This document shows, piece by piece, positions 31,919-42,594 of a stretch of 64,000 bases of DNA; position 1 is the first letter of the stretch, and each line of letters starts with the position of its first letter. The notes under the pieces were generated by a model, which saw nothing but the letters and a program-made list of their open reading frames with translations, was not told the origin of the DNA and ran no database searches. The DNA comes from Candidatus Cloacimonadales bacterium. Lineage in GTDB: Bacteria; Cloacimonadota; Cloacimonadia; Cloacimonadales; JAIOQZ01. The stretch is from the NCBI GenBank assembly GCA_963662655.2, contig CAXXTU010000002.1:1920001-1984000 (forward strand), written 5' to 3'. Made by a program: the position numbers and the translations under genes.

Positions 31919-33604
31919 TTATTTCATCAAAGCCATTTTACGTACCAGCGTCTGGTTGCCGGTGTTGAGCTTGTAGAAGTAGATTCCGCTTGAAACTTGA
32001 TTTCCGTTATCGTCGGTTCCATGCCACATTACCTGATGGCTTCCCGCGCCAAAACGCTCGTTGCAAAGCGTGGTCACTTTCTGACCGCGAATGTTGAAGA
32101 CATCCACGCGAGCGTTTCCATCCTCTGGAAGCGTGAACGAAATTGTAGTTTCAGGATTGAACGGATTCGGATAGCATCTCGTATCCAGCATCGGAACGGA
32201 CACCTCTTCCCCGTCGGTAGCTTCAGTTAAAGTGACCTTTACGTCATCGATCTTGAGATAATACATATCCGTCACTTCGCAGTGCTCGAACGCAATATAG
32301 ACGTTTTCTCCGGCATAGTCTTCGAGAGACAGCTGAACCATGTGCCAAGCGCTCGAAGCGACGGTCCAGTCGTAGATCGTCTCCGTGAAATCTTCCATTT
32401 CGGTTCCGGTGGTCGATACCTTCACATAATAATGCTCGTTCGGCCAGTCGGAATCTTGAGGCTGCACCCAGAACCGCAAGTATGCGATATCGTCCGAGGG
32501 CAACGCAATCGCTGGAGTTATAAGCCAGTTGTCCGGGGTAAGTGGACCTATGTCATTGATGTAGGATGCCGAACATGCGCAATAGCTGCCATTGTGAGCA
32601 TCGAAATTCGAGTCGTTGATCTGCCAGTTGTAATTATCTCCATCCGCATCGTAGATTGTCCAGGTAGTGGGGATTTGATGCCCCTCGAAGCTCTCGTAGA
32701 ACAAGATGTCGGCAGGCAGGCTCGGTATGGCCTGAACCGTCTCGGAAGGTACGGATTCCTCGCCTTCGTAAACAGCCGTAACGTAATAATTATAGGTCAG
32801 GTTGTTCGTTACGTTTGTGTCGAGATAATAAGGAGTCTGAAGAAGTTCAGCATTCAGTAATACACTGTTTCGGTAAACCCGGTAGCCAATCTGATTACGA
32901 TTGTCTTGCGGCAGCGGCTCTGTCAATGGAGCTCTCATTACATGGTTTGCAAGCTCGACCGGGTGATGGTTCAGCGGCATCTTGCGCGCCTGTAACGAAG
33001 AGAATCCATCCGCTGCAAACCACAGATCCATGAGGAAATCGCCGTCGGCAGGATCGTCGGTGATCGCATAATCGTTATTCACATTCACTACGTATGAGAG
33101 AGCGTCCGGTGATGGATCGCAATCGATCACCGGGTAAGCATCCGTCGATGAGTTGCTGAGCGGCTCCATGAATATCCCAACCAGGTCGGCACCATTCAAC
33201 GAGCCAAGATCGATCCCCTCTTCCCAAGCATCGTTCACGGTTGTACTGAGATTCTCCAACACGTCGATCACGTCGCCGGTTATCCAGTTGACGATGTGAA
33301 GGTTGTAGTTATGAGGTCCCATGATATCGAAAGACGAATGACGGAAGTCCAGTTTGCGAAGAACCGGATTCTCGTAATCCGACAGATCGAAAACGGTGCC
33401 GTATCCCTGGCCATAAGTCTGGAAATAGGCATTGTAGGGATTATCGTCGTGGTAAAACAACTCGGTGGTTCCATCGATAATGGGAGCTTCCCATGTGAGG
33501 GTCACCAAGGCGTTTCCGGGTTCAGCTACTAGATTTCGCGGCGGATTGACGGCTTGAAGCAAGAGCGCTACAAGCATCAACATTATAAATAACACCTTTT
33601 TCAT
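31919..33604 (-). CDS. Secreted protein with Fn3-like and cleaved-adhesin-like domains and a FlgD/T9SS-like C-terminal domain
   Basis: Signal peptide, NPPRNL..VTLTW, WTIYDADGD..W, LTPDNWLITP, YIAFEH and CYPNPFNPETTI...SSGIYFY. Confidence 0.88.
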   Translation of the reverse strand: MKKVLFIMLMLVALLLQAVNPPRNLVAEPGNALVTLTWEAPIIDGTTELFYHDDNPYNAYFQTYGQGYGTVFDLSDYENPVLRKLDFRHSSFDIMGPHNYNLHIVNWITGDVIDVLENLSTTVNDAWEEGIDLGSLNGADLVGIFMEPLSNSSTDAYPVIDCDPSPDALSYVVNVNNDYAITDDPADGDFLMDLWFAADGFSSLQARKMPLNHHPVELANHVMRAPLTEPLPQDNRNQIGYRVYRNSVLLNAELLQTPYYLDTNVTNNLTYNYYVTAVYEGEESVPSETVQAIPSLPADILFYESFEGHQIPTTWTIYDADGDNYNWQINDSNFDAHNGSYCACSASYINDIGPLTPDNWLITPAIALPSDDIAYLRFWVQPQDSDWPNEHYYVKVSTTGTEMEDFTETIYDWTVASSAWHMVQLSLEDYAGENVYIAFEHCEVTDMYYLKIDDVKVTLTEATDGEEVSVPMLDTRCYPNPFNPETTISFTLPEDGNARVDVFNIRGQKVTTLCNERFGAGSHQVMWHGTDDNGNQVSSGIYFYKLNTGNQTLVRKMALMK

Positions 33605-33642
33605 AAATCCTCCTTGAAGATTCTATTTTATTTTTATGTATA

Positions 33643-34752
33643 TCATTGCTGCCGTATCAATTCGTTTTCTAATCCCAACTCCTTCTGAATTATCAGAATG
33701 TTCTTCCTGAGATTCGGGATGATCGGTACACCCTCCTTGCGTACTCTGATTTCATTCTCATACTCCTTCTCACCCGCTACATAAACTCGCTGTTCACCCT
33801 TTGACAGCTTAGAGCTCTGAAGTTGCCGCATGATTTCGCCCGTCGTCCTGCGGAACGACTCGACATCCGTAAAGAAGCTCACGTCGATTGCCAGAAAGAA
33901 GTGGCCCAGAGCATGAGGAATGCGCTTCTCGTTCTCGTCGAATCCTCGCAAATCCTTCAGGAACGCACCGCTCTGGAGCGATGCACAGAGTATCTCGACC
34001 ATCGTTGCCAGGCCATATCCCTTGTGCCCGCCCATCAGCTCGCCGATCCCTCCGAGAGGAACGAGCGCTGCGTCTTTCTTGATCAGATCGACCAGTAACC
34101 TGGGGGTATCCGTGTACGGCTCGCCGTTCGCATCGATAGCCCAACCGTAAGGCGTCTCCTTCTCTTCGCGATCGAGCACTTCGATCTTCCCACGCTGACT
34201 AATCGATGTCGCGGCATCGAAGAGGAAGGGGAAATCCATATCCGAAGGCGCACCAAAGCATATCGGATTCGTTCCGAGCATGGGCGTCGTCCCAAACGTC
34301 GGAGCGATGGAGGGACGCGCATTGGTAAATGTTATGCCAATCATGTCGCGCTCGATGGCAAGCTTGGCGTAGTAACCGGCTATACCGTAGTGGCTGGAAT
34401 TTCTCACGGTCACAATCCCGACGCCATAGTTTCCGGCCTTCTCGATAGCCTTGAGCATCGCCCGTTTGCCGATAACATGCCCCATGCCGTGGTTTCCGTC
34501 CCAAACAGCCGTCGCGCCCTTATCGCGAATGACATCGATATCCGTTTCCGGCTTGAGTATCCCTTCCCGAATGCGATCGAAATACATCTTCAACCGGCCT
34601 ATTCCGTGCGATTCGATTCCATGCAGATCAGAAGTAATGAGCACTTCTGCACAGATAGCGGCCTCGTCTTCCGGAACGCCGAGTTTCGTGAAAACCTTGA
34701 TCATGAATGCCTGTAAAAGATCAACTGAAAGATACATTGTTTCTTTTCCCAT
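33643..34752 (-). CDS. Ldh_2 family (type 2 malate/L-lactate dehydrogenase-like) oxidoreductase
   Basis: GIESHG, RNSSHYGIAGYY, LGTNPI and GHKGYGL motifs. Confidence 0.92.
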   Translation of the reverse strand: MGKETMYLSVDLLQAFMIKVFTKLGVPEDEAAICAEVLITSDLHGIESHGIGRLKMYFDRIREGILKPETDIDVIRDKGATAVWDGNHGMGHVIGKRAMLKAIEKAGNYGVGIVTVRNSSHYGIAGYYAKLAIERDMIGITFTNARPSIAPTFGTTPMLGTNPICFGAPSDMDFPFLFDAATSISQRGKIEVLDREEKETPYGWAIDANGEPYTDTPRLLVDLIKKDAALVPLGGIGELMGGHKGYGLATMVEILCASLQSGAFLKDLRGFDENEKRIPHALGHFFLAIDVSFFTDVESFRRTTGEIMRQLQSSKLSKGEQRVYVAGEKEYENEIRVRKEGVPIIPNLRKNILIIQKELGLENELIRQQ

Positions 34753-34800
34753 TATTCCCTCTTATCACGATGAAGTCTACGTGTCAATAACTCTCTCGCA

Positions 34801-37800
34801 CTAAAATCGTAAAGATTTTTCCAGCATGATTTGATGCACCTGATGATGAATATCATCCTCGAGGCGATACGTATAACCGAGCTGGAATCGCCAAGGCAGA
34901 TCGTAACGAACGGTAAAGTCGTGAGATAAGCTCATCCTCGTACGTTCGATATCCGTAGTTTTTTCTACCAGAAATTCATAATCGACAAATAAATTTCTTG
35001 TAAGATATTTACCCAGACGAACGGACAGATCGTTCAGGAGAATTCCGCTGAATCGAGCCATACCGCTCTCCTCTTCAACGGGTTCGGGCTCGTTGATGTG
35101 CGAACCTGCATATTCGTAAAACAGGTTCCTGAAAATCCCGGGCCTTATGTAGAAATAGTCGAGATGCAAAAATTTCCGGAGGGTGTTCTCAATGGGCGAC
35201 AGGATCGGGTTCACGTAGATATTCTCAACACCCGCTCCCGCCATGTAGAGCGCTTCATCTTGAAAGAGGGCTTCCTGCTGCTGAGGAGTAACTTCATCGT
35301 GGCTTCTGCCGTATTTCAGCTTGGAGAGCATGCTCATGACGGTCTGATCGTTCGAATCGTCGCTGCTGAGCTGGAACTGAAGGTTTCCGATGATGTTTTT
35401 CATATCCTGATTTTGCGGCACGACATCCAGTGTGATCAAGGTTCCGTCGGCAGTCTTGTTGTACAGCGAGGCTTTGATTTTCACATCGTAGTCGCTCAAA
35501 CCGAGAATTTCTTCTCCCTTCTTGTCCATATACTGGTTTACCACCACCTCGACATAATCGACCTGGAAGGTTGACCCGAAAAGGTCCATCGTCCCCTGCT
35601 CCGAGGTAAACATCGCCTCTTTCACGAAGATGTACCGGTCCCAGAAGATCAAATGGAGAAAGCTGTCGGGATTCACCAGGAAGTTGCACGGATTCATGAC
35701 ATAGAAACAGTTATCGGTGAAATGAACCATCAAATCCATCGAGATGGGCACGCCGATACGTACGTACGGGGAGTGTCGGCGCTCCTCCTCAGTGTTCTTT
35801 CGCTTTCGCATCAGGACTTTGTCGTTGAGCCAGGAGCTCGTTTCCGTTCCGACGATATCAAGCAAACTTGTTACGTCCTCGGGATAGATCGCGCCGCCGT
35901 TGGAGGCGTATACGTCCCCCAGGATATGAATATCGTCGAATGGCCCCGTCACAACCGCCCGGTCTTCGTAGCGTCCCTTGATAACGGCGTTCGCAAGGGT
36001 GTTCTCGGGCATATACCACGGTATGGACGCCCATATTCCTTCGGGATCGGTGTAGGCGTAGATATAGCCCATCTGAAGCGTCCCCAGCACAAACTGATCT
36101 TCCGCGCCGATATCCCCGTTCTCGATGTGCAATCGGCCGGCTCCCTCGGTTCCCAAACTGAATTCCCTGATATCGAGGATGTTGTTCTCGATCTGCATAT
36201 CGATCTGTATGTCGCGAATCCTGGTATTGAAATAATCCGGCTTGATCGACCCATCTTTCAATCGAATCTCGCCCGTTTCGATGTTCAACTGCTCGTTGCG
36301 CAATCCAACCGTCAGATCCATGTGGGCGTTGGACTCGCCATGATGGAAGAACGAGAAACGATCCGAGAGCATTTTCAGGAAGTCTCCGTCGAAGCGAACC
36401 GACACGGTGCTGCTGTCGTCAAAGGCTTTCTCGCGAAGGAAATTGTATCCGATCGCCCCCCGAGCGCTCAGCGAATAGTACGGCGCATGCCCGGCGTAAA
36501 GTGTATCGATGCGAAGCCTGTGATTATCCTGGGTGGCGTCCACATAGAGAGAATCCGCCTGGAATCCGCCGTAATTCAGCTTACGTGCGCTCAGCTTCGT
36601 CTGGATGTAATCGTCGTCCTCCCGGAAACGGCATTTTACGCTTCCGGCGAGTATCCCCTGATGCCCCGGACTTTCGAACAAATCCTGCAGGTTGAGCTCG
36701 TCAATATCCAGCGAGACATCCACGGATGGTCTGGGACCAAGAAGAACATTCGCTTCACCCGAAGCCACCGGATGACCGACAGCCGCGATCTGGAACGGCT
36801 CGATCGCGACGCCGTCCTTTGTACCGTCGAATCTCAGCATCGTCGAAAGCGGCCTGGAATCTTCATACCGGAAATCCTTCAGTGTGAGCCATCCTCTCAC
36901 GCGATCCTTGTCACCCATGTTGTACGCGAAATCGAAATCGGCTTCCCCCTCGAATTTACGGGTCATGTAGTAGTTCATGAAGTACTCGAGATATTCCGGG
37001 ATGTCAACGCCCCTGCCCTTGATTCTGAATCCCAGATCGAACGAAGGCTCCAGCTTCATCCGCAACTCGATGCCGACATTCTCGTTCAAGCGGCAGTCCA
37101 GCGTGTGCAGGCTGTCCAGCGATCCGGCAGCGAGGAGGTGAAACTGAACCGGCTCGAAATTGTAAACACCGCTTCGGGTTCGGATATGCAGATAAGTTCT
37201 TTCGTGTAGAAGGTCGATGGCCGCGTTGGTAATCAAGAAGCCGTCCAGCATTCCGTAGCGCTCTTCGTACACGCGCAGACGTGAATCGAGCTGAACATTG
37301 TTGCGGTCCGCAGAGATATCGATGTTTCCGTTTATCGATGGAAAGTTTGTCGCCGAGGAATTCAGTGGAAGGTAGTCATTCAGGTCGAATCGCCTGAAGT
37401 GGAAATTCGATTCGACTTTTTCGAGCGCGATATCCGCATCAAGGTTTATTTCAAGGTGCTCCTTGCTATCCACAATCCTTGCTTCGAGGATCGAACCAGC
37501 AAGCGCAAGCTCCGCATGCATATCGGTGAAATTGACGTACTCGTTCTCAGCGCTCAATTTCGCTATTTCGGCATTCAGTTTTAACGGTTTCCCGGAGCTG
37601 TACACGAGTTTCGAGGCAACATCTCCAGTTAAACGGGTGTTCTCGTATTCGTACGCAAATGCCCTGGCGTTCAAGCGCATGTTCAGTTTGTTCGAAAACG
37701 ACCAGAATCCCTCGCCATCGATCGGATTGTCCCAAAGACTCATGCGATGGACGAGAAAGTGAATTCCATCCGAAGACATCCCGAGATCGACCAGGATGTT

Positions 37801-38880
37801 CTTGAGCGAGAATTTGCCGTAGGTCAAGGAATCCGAAGTAACGTCGGCAAACAGATTCACCCTTTCCGCGTCACCATTTAACCGGCCCTTAATGCCAAGA
37901 TATCCATCCAATTCGGGGATGTAGTGGCTCGCATCGATCGTGCCGCTGTAGGTTCCGTTGAGGGTGCGTTCCTGCTCGAACGGCTTGAATACAACGATCT
38001 CGGAGCGAACCGTGTCTCCGTTAATCGCAATATCATACGAGTGAACCGAGAGCGAATCGTTCGTACCGGTGAAACCGATGCTTCCTGCTCGCACGGTCTG
38101 TCCCTGGTAATCCACCGCGACATCCCGTAAATTTCCGTCAATATCCAGGCTGTGCTCTGTCAGATGCAGCCTGCTGTCGAGCCTGAAATCCAGCGTGTCC
38201 AGAACGGATATGTCAACCTGGTCGGGGCGATATCCCTTGATCGAGACGTCGGCGTTCAGGAACGTCCCCTTCTGCATCACGATGCTTCCGGTAAGGCTGA
38301 ACAATGAATCTCCTGCGACGATCCCGACCCTGCACAGCTCATCGTTTTGCGCGTCGACCCGGATTTTTCCGATGGTGTCCCTAGCGGTTACTTCATCGCT
38401 GAGATATTGATAGCAAACCGTGCCGTTTTCGAGAATCAGAGACTTGAAGTATCCGCTCAGATCGGGAATATTGGCGAGGATGTCCGCGATGGAAAGCTCT
38501 TCATCTTCCCCCACTGGCTTGTTCCCATCAATAATGAAATCGAAGCGTGGGTTGTAGATGGACACCTGCTGGACCACTCCGGGAATCTTGAAACCGGAGA
38601 AGAGCAGACGGCGCATTTTGTAGCTTATATAGACCTGCTCAATCGAAAGGCGCATGTTGCGCGCTTTCCAGTCGAAGGTGAGACCGGTGATGTTCATCTG
38701 CCGGTCGTCGAGGGTCAGTCCCTCCATCGTCACATCGGCTTCGAGCGATCGTTCGAGACGGGCGGTCATCTTGTCCCGCACCACCAGATCGACGTCGATC
38801 ACGCGAAAGACGATGAACGCCGCCAGATTGATCAGAAAGAGAATCGCCACCACGATGGGCAGCCATTTTTTGTATTTCAT
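34801..38880 (-). CDS. Large beta-rich membrane-anchored protein, TamB/AsmA-like
   Basis: 1359 aa, one N-terminal TM anchor, repetitive beta-strand pattern, C-terminal RLGKYLTRNLFVDY resembling the TamB C-terminus. Confidence 0.65.
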   Translation of the reverse strand: MKYKKWLPIVVAILFLINLAAFIVFRVIDVDLVVRDKMTARLERSLEADVTMEGLTLDDRQMNITGLTFDWKARNMRLSIEQVYISYKMRRLLFSGFKIPGVVQQVSIYNPRFDFIIDGNKPVGEDEELSIADILANIPDLSGYFKSLILENGTVCYQYLSDEVTARDTIGKIRVDAQNDELCRVGIVAGDSLFSLTGSIVMQKGTFLNADVSIKGYRPDQVDISVLDTLDFRLDSRLHLTEHSLDIDGNLRDVAVDYQGQTVRAGSIGFTGTNDSLSVHSYDIAINGDTVRSEIVVFKPFEQERTLNGTYSGTIDASHYIPELDGYLGIKGRLNGDAERVNLFADVTSDSLTYGKFSLKNILVDLGMSSDGIHFLVHRMSLWDNPIDGEGFWSFSNKLNMRLNARAFAYEYENTRLTGDVASKLVYSSGKPLKLNAEIAKLSAENEYVNFTDMHAELALAGSILEARIVDSKEHLEINLDADIALEKVESNFHFRRFDLNDYLPLNSSATNFPSINGNIDISADRNNVQLDSRLRVYEERYGMLDGFLITNAAIDLLHERTYLHIRTRSGVYNFEPVQFHLLAAGSLDSLHTLDCRLNENVGIELRMKLEPSFDLGFRIKGRGVDIPEYLEYFMNYYMTRKFEGEADFDFAYNMGDKDRVRGWLTLKDFRYEDSRPLSTMLRFDGTKDGVAIEPFQIAAVGHPVASGEANVLLGPRPSVDVSLDIDELNLQDLFESPGHQGILAGSVKCRFREDDDYIQTKLSARKLNYGGFQADSLYVDATQDNHRLRIDTLYAGHAPYYSLSARGAIGYNFLREKAFDDSSTVSVRFDGDFLKMLSDRFSFFHHGESNAHMDLTVGLRNEQLNIETGEIRLKDGSIKPDYFNTRIRDIQIDMQIENNILDIREFSLGTEGAGRLHIENGDIGAEDQFVLGTLQMGYIYAYTDPEGIWASIPWYMPENTLANAVIKGRYEDRAVVTGPFDDIHILGDVYASNGGAIYPEDVTSLLDIVGTETSSWLNDKVLMRKRKNTEEERRHSPYVRIGVPISMDLMVHFTDNCFYVMNPCNFLVNPDSFLHLIFWDRYIFVKEAMFTSEQGTMDLFGSTFQVDYVEVVVNQYMDKKGEEILGLSDYDVKIKASLYNKTADGTLITLDVVPQNQDMKNIIGNLQFQLSSDDSNDQTVMSMLSKLKYGRSHDEVTPQQQEALFQDEALYMAGAGVENIYVNPILSPIENTLRKFLHLDYFYIRPGIFRNLFYEYAGSHINEPEPVEEESGMARFSGILLNDLSVRLGKYLTRNLFVDYEFLVEKTTDIERTRMSLSHDFTVRYDLPWRFQLGYTYRLEDDIHHQVHQIMLEKSLRF

Positions 38881-38892
38881 ACCCGCAACAGG

Positions 38893-39564
38893 TTACGGTT
38901 GCAAAACCAGTGTTCCGTCTGTAAGCACATAGTGCCGGTGCATGCGCTGTGCGATGCCGAGGTTATGGGTCACGATCACGAACGTCTGCCCGATTTCCCT
39001 GTTCAAACGCACGATCAGATTAACGACTTCGTCGCTGTGGCGGGGATCGAGATTACCCGTGGGTTCATCCGCAAAGACGATCGCAGGCTGATTGATAATC
39101 GCCCTGGCGATCGCTATGCGCTGAAGCTCTCCGCCGCTCAACTGGTTCGGGTAATGATCGGCTCGCTGCTCCACTTCAAGCATCCGCATGAGCTCCAACC
39201 CGCGCTTGTTCGCGTCCTTGCGATTCATGCCACCGATCAGCGCAGGAATCACGACGTTCTCGTGCGCAGTGAAATCCTCGAGCAAGTAGTGGAATTGAAA
39301 CACAAAGCCGATCTTCCGATTCCGGAACTGCGCAATGCGGCGGTCACCGGTTCTCAGTTCCTTGCCTTCGTACACGATCTTCCCGCCGTCTGGCTGATCG
39401 AGCAACCCGAGAATATGTAGCAGCGTGCTCTTCCCGCAGCCTGATTCTCCGGTTATGGCGATCATCTTACCCGTTTCGATCTCCAGATTTACATCTCGCA
39501 GCACTTCGAGCGTGCCTGCGGACTCGCGATAACTCTTTCGAATATGTTCTACGCTCAGTAGCAT
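38893..39564 (-). CDS. lolD: ABC transporter ATP-binding protein, LolD-like
   Basis: GESGCGKST, FQFHYLL, LSGGE, ADEPTGNLD and VTHN motifs. Confidence 0.85.
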   Translation of the reverse strand: MLLSVEHIRKSYRESAGTLEVLRDVNLEIETGKMIAITGESGCGKSTLLHILGLLDQPDGGKIVYEGKELRTGDRRIAQFRNRKIGFVFQFHYLLEDFTAHENVVIPALIGGMNRKDANKRGLELMRMLEVEQRADHYPNQLSGGELQRIAIARAIINQPAIVFADEPTGNLDPRHSDEVVNLIVRLNREIGQTFVIVTHNLGIAQRMHRHYVLTDGTLVLQP

Positions 39565-39572
39565 CGTTACTC

Positions 39573-40853
39573 CTATTTACCCGGCGAATTCCGAAGAATC
39601 TCGGTCACATTCATCGATTCGATTTTTCTGAGGGGAAACAGCGCCGTAACGAGGACAATCAGCATCGCCACCGCGAAAACCATCGCCCAAACCTCCACGC
39701 TGTAACTCACGTTCAGCTTTTCCAGGAAGTAGACGTCGCCTTTCAACCGGTAGATGGTTTGATGGTACAAGAGCTGCCCCAGCAAGTAGCCGAGAACCTC
39801 GCCGATCAAAACGGCAACGGCGGACATGAACAGCGCTCTCCCGAGGAAAATCCGCTTGATCATTCCCGAAGTCGCCCCGTAAGCCTTCAGAATGCCGATA
39901 TCTCGCTTGCGCTCCAGGATCGAAGTCAGAATACCGCTCACGACGTTGAATGACGCGATCAACACCATGAAGCTCATGATGATGAAGAGTATCCATTTCT
40001 CGAGCGTTATCAGCGTAAACAGATTTCCGTTGTAAAACACCCACGACACGATCCGGAACGATCCCGGGTATTCGGACATCTCCGCGCGCATGTGCTCGTT
40101 CAGCTCGTCCTCCCAGCGGGAAGCGAGGATATCCGCGTCATCAATGAACGCGTCGCCGAGCTTGACCTCCACCCAGGAGAATTCCTGCGGATTGAGCGTG
40201 AACTGCGCGGCGGCCTCGAGATTCATGATCAGGTAAGCGCTGTCGTACTCGTACATGCCCGATTCGTATACACCTGCGATACGAAACCGGGCAGTTTTCT
40301 GCTTCAGGCCCATCGGCGTTATTCGACTGTGCAACGGACTGATAACCTTCAGCGTATCGCCGATGCTCAGTCCGAGTTCGCGCATCAGTTTGACGCCGAT
40401 CACCGCCTCCCGGTCGTTCTCCAGTCGCGAGCGACCTTCCTTCACGTAACGATGGTATTCCGTGGGAAGATTCTCGTTGGCGGAGTCGATTCCGCGAAGG
40501 GTAATGCCTTTGGTCTTTTTTCCGTGAACAGCCATCGCTTGCGCGGAAATGGCTGCGTCGAGCGCTTCGATCTCGGGCCTGTCCTTGAAAAAGTCCTTTA
40601 TTTCGTTCAGATCAGCGCCGGTGATATCCGTGTTTCCGAACCTGAAGATATAGCAATGCGAGTTCACACCGAGAATGACGTTCTTCAGCGCATTCTCGTA
40701 ACCCGTGAACAAGGCGAAAGCGGTCATCAACGCTGCGACGGATATGATGATTCCGCTGAACATATAAAGCGAATCCATTTTGCCGGACAGCCTTCGCCGT
40801 GACAGGAACTCCCGTTCGATGTAGTAATTCACAAATTTTCCCATGTTAATCAT
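39573..40853 (-). CDS. ABC transporter permease, LolC/LolE (FtsX-like) family
   Basis: One TM, periplasmic domain, then three TMs. IASFNVVS..ERKRDIGILKAYGA motif. Adjacent to lolD. Confidence 0.85.
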   Translation of the reverse strand: MINMGKFVNYYIEREFLSRRRLSGKMDSLYMFSGIIISVAALMTAFALFTGYENALKNVILGVNSHCYIFRFGNTDITGADLNEIKDFFKDRPEIEALDAAISAQAMAVHGKKTKGITLRGIDSANENLPTEYHRYVKEGRSRLENDREAVIGVKLMRELGLSIGDTLKVISPLHSRITPMGLKQKTARFRIAGVYESGMYEYDSAYLIMNLEAAAQFTLNPQEFSWVEVKLGDAFIDDADILASRWEDELNEHMRAEMSEYPGSFRIVSWVFYNGNLFTLITLEKWILFIIMSFMVLIASFNVVSGILTSILERKRDIGILKAYGATSGMIKRIFLGRALFMSAVAVLIGEVLGYLLGQLLYHQTIYRLKGDVYFLEKLNVSYSVEVWAMVFAVAMLIVLVTALFPLRKIESMNVTEILRNSPGK

Positions 40854-40965
40854 TTGATTTCGAGTGTCATGATTCTGTCAACAATTGAATAATCCCTGAA
40901 TTGCAAAAGATCGCTCGAAGCAACAGTTCGTGTCGTTCGATGCCCATATTTCCAAGCTCGAGCAT

Positions 40966-40997
40966 AAAAAAACAAGGCGACTTTTGAGCCGCCTTGT
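40966..40997 (-). terminator. Intrinsic terminator
   Basis: ACAAGGCG/CGCCTTGT stem and T run on the minus strand. Confidence 0.8.
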
Positions 40998-41018
40998 CGA
41001 GTTACTGTAAAGTATTAC

Positions 41019-41378
41019 TTATTTCAGAATGACAAACTTTTTCACAGACGTAAACTTCGATTTACCCGCGATATCACAAGAATACTTTCCAGAAGGAAGT
41101 ATCTCTCCTGCATCATTCTTTCCTTCCCATACGAACTGATGGTAACCGGCGCTAAGGAGTCCGGCGTAAATGTGCCGAACGACTGTTCCCTGGCAATCCG
41201 AAATTACTATTTCCGCTGCAATCGAATGGGATACATTCACTGTAATGACAGTTTCTGTACTGAAAGGGTTAGGCGAGATATCCAATCCAACAACAACCAA
41301 TTCCCCTCTCAATTCGACTGCATGAAGCATCGAACCTATGAGAAAGGTTAATACCAACAATGCCAATATTCGTCTCAT
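41019..41378 (-). CDS. Small secreted protein consisting only of a FlgD/T9SS-like Ig domain
   Basis: Signal peptide, then ISPNPFS...FVWEGKND.G..LPSGKY...KKFVILK. RBS AGGAGG. Confidence 0.8.
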   Translation of the reverse strand: MRRILALLVLTFLIGSMLHAVELRGELVVVGLDISPNPFSTETVITVNVSHSIAAEIVISDCQGTVVRHIYAGLLSAGYHQFVWEGKNDAGEILPSGKYSCDIAGKSKFTSVKKFVILK

Positions 41379-41421
41379 CTTAACCTCCTGAGATTTACCG
41401 TTTTCTTTTTCATATAATAAG

Positions 41422-41437
41422 TGCAATAATTATTCCA
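41422..41437 (-). promoter_or_regulatory. Putative sigma-54 promoter (-24/-12)
   Basis: TGGAATAATTATTGCA on the minus strand, GG-N10-GC spacing, 43 nt before the ATG. Confidence 0.5.
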
Positions 41438-41465
41438 TTTCCACAGGAATCAAGTCTTTGACCGT

Positions 41466-42419
41466 CTATTCCTTTGGAAATGTAGGCAGGTCTCGCTGAG
41501 CGCATAAATTCACACACCCCAATAACGCTGCCTGATTGCCATATTTTGCCTTTTCAATACATAGATTCTCGCGAATTTCTGGCAAGAGAAATTTTAAAAT
41601 TCCTTCGCGGAGTTTCTCAAAGGGATAGATGTCGATATCCGCGACACCGCCCCCGATCAGCAAAACATCTATATCCAGCAACGTCACGGCGTTAGCAATG
41701 GACAGCGCGAGGAACTCCACAGACTCACCGACCACATGATTGACGCGCTCGTTTACAGCAGCCAGCTTCAATGCCTGGAGTACCGTCAGGTTGTTTATTT
41801 TGTTTACAGCCGGATCGTTTACATCGGACAATACCTCCACGCTTCGATCCACGATGGCTGTCGCAGAACTGTAGGCCTCCACGCATCCGTGCTTCCCGCA
41901 TTTGCACAGGCGACCACCCGGTATGACAACCGTGTGCCCCAGCTCCATCGACATGTAATTCACGCCGCGGTAAATCTGGTTCCCGATCACGAGACCGCTT
42001 CCGATGCCCGTCCCGATCGTGATCCCGAGCAGCGATTTCTGATAATCGAAGCGCGACGCCTCCCCGTAGGCCATCAGGTTCGCGTCGTTCTCCATGAAAA
42101 CTGGCACCCCGAAAATCCTCTTCAAGAAAGCCGCCGGAGCCGCGCCTTTCCAGTGCGGCAGGTTGGGCGAATACCCCGTTACAACGCCCCTGTCCGAGTC
42201 GATCGTTCCCGGCGAGCCCATGGCGATTGCGCTTACCTTGCGACCGGCCTTGTCGTGGATCACACGTATCGCCTTCTCGAGCGATCCGTACATACCCTCC
42301 AGCGTTTTATCCGTCACAGGCATCTTGTCATGCCACAGGATCCCATCATCCGGATCGCCGTAGCCGAATTTCATGAACGAACCACCGATGTCGATGGCTC
42401 CATATATCCTCTGTTCCAA
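41466..42419 (-). CDS. ROK family sugar kinase
   Basis: AIDIGGS, ENDAN, TIGTGIGSG and ELGH...CKCGKHGCVEAY motifs. Confidence 0.93.
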   Translation of the reverse strand: MEQRIYGAIDIGGSFMKFGYGDPDDGILWHDKMPVTDKTLEGMYGSLEKAIRVIHDKAGRKVSAIAMGSPGTIDSDRGVVTGYSPNLPHWKGAAPAAFLKRIFGVPVFMENDANLMAYGEASRFDYQKSLLGITIGTGIGSGLVIGNQIYRGVNYMSMELGHTVVIPGGRLCKCGKHGCVEAYSSATAIVDRSVEVLSDVNDPAVNKINNLTVLQALKLAAVNERVNHVVGESVEFLALSIANAVTLLDIDVLLIGGGVADIDIYPFEKLREGILKFLLPEIRENLCIEKAKYGNQAALLGCVNLCAQRDLPTFPKE

Positions 42420-42594
42420 AAAGTATCCTCCGAAAGTCTTGTTGCTTTGTCATATAATGATTGATCCTCCTTGCAGTCAATCCAAATTGCACGGCGCGAA
42501 CAAAAAAATAATTGACGGTATGAAATTTTTTTTGTTGACGAAATATTACTTCGTGGAGAAATTTATTTATCGAATGAATCTTTGGGAGGATATT

